A stretch of DNA of 64,000 bases, taken from Lobosporangium transversale (taxonomy: Eukaryota). Every line of letters starts with the position of its first letter. The stretch's first letter is position 1. The notes below the pieces were generated by a model that saw nothing but the letters and a program-made list of their open reading frames with translations, searched no databases and was not told the origin of the DNA. The position numbers and the translations under genes are program-made. Location: the NCBI RefSeq assembly GCF_002105155.1, contig NW_019029008.1, positions 1-64,000 on the forward strand, in the 5' to 3' direction. Below are positions 50,058 to 60,292 of the stretch, in pieces.

Positions 50058-51576
50058 ATCCTGCATTCATGCGGCTCTGAGAGATCTCTCGCTTCCACTC
50101 CCAATTGATAAAACTGGGACTAAGGATCAAGGATCTGGGTTTTCTTCGTTGATAGTCTTTATTAATAAAAACGATAGCTCATTTCCAATGTCACTCTATA
50201 TAGGATCTGGAATGCCTTTTTTTACATTTGTTGTCTGGTTTCAATGCATCAATGCTTATATTATCCATATATTCCATGCCTATAATATTGAACGCTCCAA
50301 AAGCCCATATAGATAAATGCCGCCTATAATCATAATGGTTTACTCCTTTGCAAGGCCCAGCAAAATTGAGCAAATTTTTTTTCTTAATGCTATTTACGAT
50401 CTGTTATTCATTATGATTGATTTTCTAGATAAATACCTCCACCGAAGCTATCAATATTTGTGCGTATAAACAATGAGTCGTGGCACACGAAGGCATTGTA
50501 GCTATATTCGTAGTGTTAGCTCACCATTTTATACGCATGCAGCACCCTGTTGCTACATATCAGATAATAGGCGGTGAGTGCCGGCTCCAAGGGAGCCCAA
50601 CACAGAAACTCGCGTCCATGTCTCGACGATTGTGTTTTTGCTTGTCAGGATTGATACGATGTAGAGCTTGGATTATTAACCCAGCTGGACAATATTTAAG
50701 CATACTGCTCGAATCGCGAAGGACTGGATATCAAATTTCATCACCATTATTCTGGAGTGACTCGCTGATTATCCAGGCTTCGCATTTTTTGGTGGACTAT
50801 CTGTTGTCCATATAACATTGAACTGTGTTCAAATAGTATTCTCCAATGAAGGGTAACCTTACTCCAAATATGATATTTACTTATTACAACATTATATGTA
50901 TCTTCCTGGCGGTATTAAAGGGCGAAGGTAAGTGAGTGTTCTATCCATTATCAATAATTCTTTCTTGTAAGGGATATAGATGAATCCATAAGCCTGGTGT
51001 GTGCCGCGTCGTTAGGCTCAAGGGAGTTTTTTTTGATTGGCGACGGCATTTTACTTAAAAAGCACATTTGGGAAATAAAGCATCAATTGGCGATTGACGA
51101 ATAAACCAACTCATGGAGGTTTGGGTGGAAATATTTTAAAAAGATCAATATGAGTATTGCGTATGATATCAAATGACAATATAGAATTGTTGCATTGAAT
51201 CTTCACGGGCCCATGCGTCACAGTTGTCAAAAAAAAGCTAATTAAAACTTGGTGGTCTAAATAGAAGCAAAAGCAATATGTGAAGTAAAAAAAAAGACAA
51301 TCTCCCTCATGTCACGCTCCTCATCCTTTGTGATGATCGTCCTTACTCTAAAAGAAGACTCGTAAAAAAATTATGCCGAAGATATGCTTTTTTTGTTTTT
51401 TTTTTTTTTTTAGAACGCCGCTAATATCAGAAATATCATCATCTTGGGCATTATTTTCAACTTTCAGACATTACGTGTTCTCTATAACTATTTGATGAAC
51501 CATATATTCATATATTCTATTGTCGCTGAGTGTCGTTAATTTATTTTATTTTTAGTCTCCTATTTCCCTTTTAGCA

Positions 51577-52193
51577 ATGGCTCGCTCAGTTGCCTTCTTG
51601 ATTAGTCTTCTTGCCTTGTTGCAGACGACTTTTGCTGCTACCCTTAGTATGGGCCGTATCAAGCGAGGTGAACAAGTGATTAGTATAGAAAAGACAAATT
51701 CGGCATCACCTACCTTCTTGATCCATGGTGGTGATTTTTCGAAACAAGTCTGGCACATCCAGCAGATAGTGAATACGCCACTATCTCGAGCCCAGAGACA
51801 GGTCGTTACCTTGGGTTGTAGGGTGGGGCCTACCCTCAAGCCTTAATAGTCGCTGGTTATGCGGAACAGAAATGGGGATTTAGGGAGAGTGAAAGAGAGA
51901 AGGGCTCTTACAACTTGACCTACCCTAAGGAGCTTAGGGGTAGCGATTGGGTAATCAGTGTCTTACCCGTCTATGCCTTCCCACCTCGTATTGCTCTGCA
52001 ATTAGGACATGGACGTCAAAGCCTCACGACCCATTGGAAACTTGAGAAGGTGAAGAGTTTGTTTCCCGTGATTCAGGAAGAATCCCGTAGTACTAAGCCG
52101 AGTGCCAATGCTCCTATTATATATAATATGTCTATGTTCCTTATTCATGCAAATGCAAATTCATGCATATTTAGATCAAGCGAATTGAATTGA
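51577..52193 (+). pseudogene. Beta-trefoil pseudogene, copy E (less decayed than C and D)
   Basis: Intact signal peptide, frameshift at ~51765 and in-frame TAG at 51819-51821; otherwise collinear with copy B (ATISSPETGRYLG, QKW, FPPRIALQ, THWKLEKV). Confidence 0.85.
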
Positions 52194-53079
52194 TTTGACT
52201 CTGCATGATTTTTCGAGTTTAGTTAAGCAATTGAGTTTTTTTTTTTTGTTACATCTGTCGTCAACAAAAGAATCTCAAATGCTCATACAAACAAAAACAA
52301 AATGTGACACCTCTCACTTCTGTCCATTTCATATACACAAAGCTTGCAGCATTAAAGAGAAAAAGGTGGTGATGGACTCTGGCGGATGGAATATCAGAAT
52401 AATTTGATATACTCTTTAGTATAAACAAGAAATTGTCGTTTTTTTTTTTTTTATCCTGCCCACATGGTATGTTCTCCGTGGCTGTTTGCGAATGGTCCAA
52501 GAAAGCGTGGGAGCTGCCTGAACAAACTGATCACTGCTTCACAAGGTCCTTTGTCTTAAAAAAAGAAAGGAATTATGCTCCCACGCGCACTACCACTGTC
52601 TGTGTTCTTTTAGGGCAATCAAAGCAAACTTTTCCCTTTCCCTATTAGGCATTGTTCATTCCTCATATTTATCTTGTGGTATATCGGTCGCATTGAGTAT
52701 CCGAATAATCATTTCTATTCAGATTTATACAGATTCGACCATCATCAGCGTCATATCGCCTGTTGGAGCATATAGACGCCATCTTGCATTCAAAGGGGGT
52801 TATTATACAGAAAATCATGATTTCTCCCAATGAAGAACAGTAAGCTCATTTGTAGAACGTTATCTTGGAGGAATAAAGGATATACATCGCTGTCATCAGG
52901 CTTTTTCAATACTTGAACAATAAAAAAAAGAGAAATAGCTGTTCATTCACGAGAGTACTGCCACCTCGGAGCTACCCCATGGATACTCTACTCAGATCAA
53001 TGTAGCACCATAGAGAAACAAATGTGAGGCGAAAAATGTCCATGCTAAATACCAACTTGTTCATTTTTATTGACTCATA

Positions 53080-54835
53080 TCACAACTTGTTATCCTTCTT
53101 CTCCCTTGCAAACCATCGAGCTTGATCCCTTCCACGCTTGACATCTACTTTAATTATTACGAACGCCCCAAGGATGAGCAGGGCTAGTGGGAACCAAAAC
53201 GCTTTGCGATAATCACGGGTTGCAGTATAGATCCCGCCTGTGGCCAACGGTCCGATCCTTGTCATGTGTAAATGGGAGACAAAAGGAGGAGTTGAACGTA
53301 AGAATAAGAAATAAGCTATGAGACAAAGCGATAAATAAATGAAGTAGTGAAGAGCTTACCATGATGATCCTCTGTCTGCCAAAAGATACAAAGAAAACCA
53401 TTCGTTCTCATCTCCCTCTGGACACAGCTCTGACAACATGGCCCGAGTAGATGCGTAAAATGTACCAACGATCAATCCTGTATAGACATAACAAAACCAT
53501 CCTTCTCCTTTGTGTCGCAGGCCGAGGTTATCAGTGAGGTAAGGGACGATGGCCAGATAGCATAGGAATACCACATAAAACCCCACCGTCATCAGGATCA
53601 TAGTTCGAGTTGTTAGGGACCATGCTTTGCGGACCCACATTAAGATATAAATTCCGACAGTAGCGGTCAAGGCCTGTACCACTGCTATAATAAGCGAGTC
53701 CGTGTGAGTGAATCCTAATTCTCGGTACAGTATGATCATTAAAACCGAAGGAATTGTGCTGATTCCATCTGAGAGGATGAACCATGCAAACATGAACTTG
53801 AAGATCTCAGGCAATTTGCGGAATGCGCGTAGAGTATTATATGCTGATTGTTATGGTTAATATTATTAACATTAGTACTTTTTGATGCTGCCCCCAAGTC
53901 AATTAAAGGAAACGGATGATCTCTATAAATATAAAAAACATACTCTTTTTCCATGAATACAGCACCCAGTTTGTTCCCTTGGGCAGAGGCTCATTCGGCC
54001 TTGGATCCAACCATGGGGCGATAGCCAGCATTCCTACGAGCCACAGAAGACCCGTAAACGCAATGGCAATTGCCAGACTAAGAGTAGTTTGCCCCATGCT
54101 CTGTGATATACCAATACAGATAAGGTTTGTGAGGACTAGCCCCCAAGCGGTAGCTATATTTGTATATGAAGCCATATCATTTATCTTTTGCTCCTCAATT
54201 TTGTATGCTACTTGAGAGGTTTCTGCAGCCAAAACATCTGGATGAGCTCGGCCGTAAAGGGGTAAAAATGAGTAAGAGAAAACGCCACAGACATTGAACA
54301 GTGTCCAACCCAGAGGAGTCAAGATTGTGGCAACCCAGAGAAGTGAAGGCTGCTGGAGGACGAAAAACCCAAAAGAATTGACGCAGCCAAGAACTGAAAA
54401 AACTATCATTAACGTTTTCCTGTAAGCTAAAGTATATGATAAATATTAGTAATAGTGATAAAGCAGGATAAAAAAAAAAAGGGACGAACAGGTTGTTACT
54501 GCTACTGTTACTACTGTAATTGCTGGTGGTTACGAGCATGATGCAAACTTACAGCCGTAATCAGCGACAGCTGAAATGGAAAGCGAGACAACGAAACATA
54601 GGACGGAAGACAGTGACGATATATAGAGTGAGATTGTACCAGGCTCCAGATAATGACCAAATACCGACGTTACACATTTGAACCCTGGGACTGTCGTGTC
54701 ACAAGGAATGGAATGATCATGCGCTTCCACCCCAATCTTGGAGGCTGTGTCTTGGATCAACAGAGGGATCAATGTTATCCCCGCAACGTAGCCGTACCCA
54801 CAATGCCTATCGGTTTATCAATTTCATATTTACAA

Positions 54836-54866
<31 letters not shown>

Positions 54867-55263
54867 AGTAGAAGATATGAGCGGAAGGGAGATTAGCCTA
54901 TGTTTGTGTTCGTACACTGGCCACCAATAACTGCTGTGTTTGTAATGTAAGGAAGATGCAGAGTGTACCTACGTGCCACTTTGAATGTACTACAAACAAT
55001 GCCAGAGGAAAAAAAAAAAAAAAAAAAGAAACACAGACATGGTCAGTGCACAAAGTCTTTTTTATTTTTATTTTTTATTTTTTATTTTCTTTTTTTTATA
55101 ATAACTTTTTCTTTACCCAGGCCCAGAGTTCTGATTTTTTAAGTGCTTTCAGAGGGTGCTGATAGCTATGACTATGCTTTTGCTTTTCTTCATAGTTCAT
55201 ATTTAGATCAGCCACTTGCTCCATCGACGAAATGTCGCTGGTACGAGTAGTCACTTGATGCAT
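53080..55263 (-). CDS. ATG22: Atg22-like MFS transporter (vacuolar amino-acid efflux family), 6 exons including a 17-nt micro-exon
   Basis: ELWAW|YIQ, ISAVADYG, YSFLP, FMFAWFILSDG, RAMLSELCPEGDENEWFSLY..DRGSSWIGP; multiple TM helices. Confidence 0.88.
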
Positions 55264-55747
55264 TAAGGTTAGCAAATGAGGTTGAAGATCAGTTGGTTGT
55301 AACTACTAGAGTGTGGGAACCTTATAAAATGATGAGAGGAGCAATGTGGAGATGGCAAAGAAGGAGGAATGTATGGAGCAATAAAAAAAAAAAAAAAAAA
55401 AGTAAAGGCGGAAGGAAAGAAAGAGAAAGAGGAATAAGAAAGAGGGATAAGAAACAAGGATAAGAAACAGGGAGAGGGATAGGGAATGGAATTGTATAGG
55501 AAAAGTAAAAAAATAAGGTTTACTCAGCCTTCTTTCATGCAAGTACGTGTAAGACTGCAATCGAGATAACGATAATATATACTGTATCACTTTACCGCCG
55601 TTTCTCTTCATCAATTTTTGTTGTTTGTAAAAGTCTCTCTCTCCTGGTATTTCTGGACAATTGTGCATCTCATCCCTTGATCGCCAGAAGGCCCTTTTTT
55701 TCTTTTACAACTATTTTTAAGTACACAGCATGACTAGGACCCTTGTA

Positions 55748-55877
55748 CAGTCGAATCTGATTTTTATAGGCGTTTTCTTAAGAAAAACGTCTATAAATTT
55801 GATTAAATTGACCTCCCTAAATGTTTTATTCTAAAATGACGTTTGAAAAGTCACACATATATATTTCTCACATGACA
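55748..55877 (+). repeat. Left terminal inverted repeat (130 bp)
   Basis: Reverse complement of 57993-58122 at 127/130 positions. Confidence 0.95.
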
Positions 55878-55937
55878 TGTGATGAGAAACAAAAATTTTT
55901 ATTTTTTTTACTCATTGCTGCTTATAACAAAAAAAAA

Positions 55938-57919
55938 CTACTCATTGCTGCTTCTCGACGTGTAAGTATCCACTTCATCCCTGCAGCTTGCACAAGTACG
56001 CACCAAGTCCTTCACTATCTTTCGGATCTTCCGTTTCTTTGCAGAGCCTTGACTAGTCTTCTGTCTGATGTGTTTAAGGCCTTCATGACTGAGTACTTCG
56101 TGATCTCCTGCTAAACGCTTCAATATTTGAAAGGTTACATCCATATCCATATCGGCAAGCGGTGAGCTTTCAGCTTCAGCAGGGCTGGAAGTAGCACTAC
56201 TAGGTTCTGCTACGTATTCGCTGCTTGTCCTATCTCCCACGGTCCTCTCCTGTTGCAGGGCTTCTTCAACTAGCTCTTGCTCATCCTTTTTCTGTACTAC
56301 TTCGAAATGCCAGCCTTTGGTCATAGAGACCTCAGCGATCAACTGCTGGAAGTATGCTCTCTCTTGATTTTTGTATCGGTTATGTCGAATAAGCGGCCGC
56401 ATTTCTTCATCGACTGCCGGCCTTTGACAACGGAGCCGCTCACGCATTTCAGTCGGAAGGATTGGCGTTTTGGCAAAACAGTTTCGAAGCGTATGTGGCT
56501 TGATGTGACTCCATGCCTCAGGGATCAGTGCCCATGCTTCGCCGTTAGAAATAGATTTTTTGTTGCCAAAATTCAACGAGATACGACTCCGCGTCAGCGC
56601 ACAACGACATCGACATGCGCGTTCCAGAGGAAGGGATCCCTTGGAGGCATATCCGAATACAGCGACTACCAAAAAACTCGACTCCAGTAACTCAGCCTCT
56701 CGATGCTGGGGTGATAAGCGTATTCAAGCGGACGTTCTTGGAATTGCTTACTTCCGAAACAAGGAGAAGAAGTGTGGGTTGCGAGAGCTCATCATCAAAC
56801 TTTTGCAACCACTTGATGAATATACATCGATTCATCCATCCTGAATCCGCTTTCTCCATAGTCATTTTCAATGCCTTATCTTGTTCGACTTGTCTCGCGA
56901 AGTGTTTGGCTAACGAATATCAAACAAATGCAATTGTCACGAAAGGAAATAAGAAAAAATAACAGCTAACATGGACTATTACATTCAATGTATTACCGAT
57001 GACTAATGGCTTTAATGAAGTCATTGTATTGGCCATAGAGAGAGAAGTGCCAGAGGCATTGATGCAAAATAAGATAGACACCTTGCATTCTCTGAGAGCT
57101 TTGGCACCAGTTTTGGAGGTTGGTATCGTGTAGGATTTGGAATCCAGCTCTTTCAAATAGAACCCTGTTTCATCGCAATTAAATATATTATCGGGGGTGT
57201 ACTCAGCGCAGATCTGGCGAATTTTTTCGAGCTCAGGTTCAATTGCGTCCAAGTCAACCGAAGCTGCTTCTCCATGAAGTTGACAATATGAAATACGATG
57301 GCGCTTCTTAAAAGTATCGAACCAATAAGCCGAAAATGATGGCTGTGCTTCAGATAGTGTATTTCCTGATTCATCTTGAAGATCACAGAGAACCGTGTAT
57401 GTTACATTGGCTGCGTGTTTGAGCATCCTGCCGTTGATATACCGACTTTTCTTTCGTTGTCGCTGTATCCAGTAGTAGAGGACTTCCTCGAGAACCACGT
57501 TTTTTTCGCTCAACGATATAATGTGAGCCCGGGGGGTATACCTCGGCTGCAGCTCGAATTTTGTTTTCATTATGAAGTAATCGCTGAAAGCTACTTTTTG
57601 GAACGTATAACTCCTATTAAGCATCCGAAAGATTTAGGAGAAAGCTTGACTGGGAGGCAGTCTTTCCGCTGTTCAAGGTAATGATAAATATCCAATAGTT
57701 CAACTTGTTTTTCAAGGGAGTATGAGACCCTAGACATCGGGATCTCAAACTGTTTGGGGTTTGGGAGCAAAATAACAGCGGACATGTCATTTTTTCGGGC
57801 ACTCTTTAGAAGCTCACTATACCTCTGTTCATGAGTGCGGTCGAGCTCTTCCAGCTCGCGCTTTGTATATTTTTTATCATACTTAGTGGGGAGGAGAAGG
57901 AGTTTTTTATTGTTTGCAT
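55938..57919 (-). pseudogene. Disrupted pogo transposase (DD38D) with frameshifts, one intron (56996-56910) and an internal inversion
   Basis: LEEVLYYWI, FSAYWFDTFKKRH, GEAASVD, IFNCDETG, GWMN..F.KWL and AW...LRNCF lie on the minus strand; DSASAH...LPKNSTPVTQPLDAGVISVFK lies on the plus strand at ~56585-56760. Confidence 0.9.
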
Positions 57920-57992
57920 CGTTTTAATTGAACTGTGGTGATGACTGTAAAAAGATGTACTTTTTTGATTGTAAAGGCTAACAAAAAAAGTG

Positions 57993-58122
57993 TGTCATGT
58001 GAGAAATATATATGTGTGGCTTTCCAAACGTCATTTTAGAATAAAACATTTAGGGAGGTCAATTTAATCAAATTTATAGGCGTTTTTCTTAAGAAAACGC
58101 CTATAAAAATCAGATTCGACTG
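57993..58122 (-). repeat. Right terminal inverted repeat (130 bp)
   Basis: Pairs with 55748-55877. Confidence 0.95.
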
Positions 58123-58133
58123 TACATTGGATT

Positions 58134-58232
58134 ATTTTAGTATTTTGGCAATTGCCATCTGGTGGGTTTGATCTTAATCTGACATCCTGACTGTGACGTT
58201 TCCCTGAAACCTTGCACTATTTTAGTACTATG
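58134..58232 (-). repeat. Degenerate tandem duplicate of the 3' end of the ferredoxin-fusion gene
   Basis: ggtttgatcttaatctgaca occurs at ~58165 and ~58282; the copy translates GFRETSQSGCQIKIKPTRWQLPKY* versus GRRETSRLGCQIKIKPELDGMIVKLPQY*. Confidence 0.85.
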
Positions 58233-58241
58233 GTCACTATT

Positions 58242-58427
58242 TTAGTACTGTGGCAATTTCACAATCATGCCATCCAATTCAGGTTTGATCTTAATCTGAC
58301 ACCCTAGCCGAGATGTTTCTCTACGACCCACCGCATACTCTAGCATATCCTCCTCTGCATCTGTTACTACTGGTAGTCTTGCGCTGAATGGTGGCTCGAT
58401 ATACACGTGACAAGTTGCACACTCTAT

Positions 58428-58458
<31 letters not shown>

Positions 58459-60025
58459 GGTCGCCACCGAACGCATTCAGAAAATATTAGCTGCAATGTT
58501 CAAGGTCAAAAATAACATAAATGGGGATTTTTTTTTTGCTTTTCTTTTACTTACCAAGTTGGCCTCCACATGTACATTCAAGTGCCTGATAAATATCATG
58601 GCGGCTAGGATCCTTGTCCTTAACAATGTCCAGAATACTCTCACCAACTTTAGCATTGATCTCTGTTCGGACTTTTTGGAATGACTCAAAGATAACCTTG
58701 ATTCTTTGACCTTCTTCGGTCGTGGATGTTGGTGCTGTTACTGTTGATTTGCTTGACTTCTCTGAATCGACGGATAAGGCTGTACGTTGCTCCTTTAGAC
58801 CATCATCCTCATACAAATCCTCTCCTGGTAGAGAGAATAGAGATTGAGGCTGTTGTTGTCCCTGATTTTGATTCCGGGCAGTTAGCCCTTGTTTTTGTTG
58901 TTTCCGCATTTCCAACCAGTGTTCATAAAACTTGATTTGTTCTTCTTTAGTCATACCCATCCTTCCTCTCCATTTTTCAATCATGATAGGCGCCCTTTCT
59001 TTCAGTCTCTGCTCCCTTACATCTGCCGCAATACCCCCGTTCGCCAACGCATCAAACAAGATCTGCTGAGCATCCGTTGAATCTTGTTCAGACACATATC
59101 CATGCCAATCCCCTAAGGGATACATGATAGTGTTAGGGGCCCACTTATGTCCTCCAATATGACTGACTCCATACACTTTAATTGAATTCTGCAACCCAGT
59201 TGCTTGAACCATATCCTTCAAAATCCGATAAAGCTCGCCGCCTTGTTCACCACATCGACAGTCTCGTGCTCCATGAACACAGACCAGAACTGCACTCGGT
59301 TCTGGAACCAACTCGATCTGTACCAGCTCGCCACTCCCAGGTACCAATTCCATTGTAATGTTGTTACTATCGTGGTGATCGGTAGAGTCAGCGATTGCTT
59401 TCTGTATTGCTGGACGTAAAGTTCCTACAGGATATTGTTGTAAATAACGAGCCAAATCCTTAAAAGCCTCATATCGGATCGCTTTGAACTTTATATTATC
59501 TGGGAATAAAATCAGATCGTGCCTTGGACCCTTTGTTGGAAGTAGGTTTGCTTCATCTTTTACAGCATCTGATGGTTCATCCACAAAGTTGACTTTGACT
59601 TCTTGATCACGAACAACAGTCATTAATAGATTGTGATATGGATCGGCGAGCTCAGGTTTTTTGGTCCATTTTGAACCAGGGAGACCCGTGCAGATTACAA
59701 GATGACGATTATAAGCAGGCATTGAGCCCTGAATCATTTCCGTTTCCTCTTTAACTTTAGTGGACATGAAGCGACGAAGATTGGAATATGTAAGCCATTG
59801 TTGGACAGTAGGACTGCCACGGTAGGTATTATGGTGATAAGAGGCACGGGATAAAAATAATGAGAGAGAAGTCCTAGTTGTGGTGGAAAGCGTGGAACGG
59901 AGTGTACTCATTCGACAACATTGTGTGATGGTGAGAATAGAAGATCTGGATCGGACATTGTTGCATGGGATCACAAGAGTCCTCTCAAGTTTCGCTTTAG
60001 TCGCTATCCGGAATGCAGTCGACAT
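58242..60025 (-). CDS. Probable mitochondrial Aim32/Apd1-like (sucrase/ferredoxin-like) protein fused to an adrenodoxin-type [2Fe-2S] ferredoxin; 2 exons (60025-58555, 58423-58242)
   Basis: Arg/Ser/Thr-rich presequence; CVHGARDCRC plus HIGGH; C-terminal CGGQLECATC...EEDML...SRLGCQ. Confidence 0.88.
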
Positions 60026-60292
60026 TTGTAATGACGTGAATGAATGAGGGATTGTAATTCTGCTTGATGGTGACAAGATCAAGTAAATGAATCATGAATA
60101 ACAGTAACAGAATTAGCTGACTGGCTGGAACGGAGATTGCTTTTCCGAAAGCGTGAACTGTAAATTCTAAGGCACTGTTTTTCCGCCTTTGTTTTCTTCG
60201 ATGGCAATGGCAATTGTGTTTTTATTTCCTTTTTCAGTGTTATTTACATCAGGAGCTTTTTTTAAATGATACACAAGAAGATTTTTTTTTTA

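Larger units (their letters stand above)
55748..58122 (-). mobile_element. pogo/Tigger-type (Tc1-mariner superfamily) DNA transposon, 2375 bp, full length but defective
   Basis: TA target-site duplication (55746-47 and 58123-24), CAGT...ACTG ends, 130-bp TIRs with 3 mismatches, internal CENP-B HTH + DDE_1 transposase. Confidence 0.95.

Noticed and set aside
50480..50815. 111-aa ORF faintly resembling a sixth beta-trefoil copy (ATYQIIGG, AWIINPAG)
   Set aside because: No ATG start, no QxW repeats and no clear nucleotide similarity to the five copies; needs a profile search.
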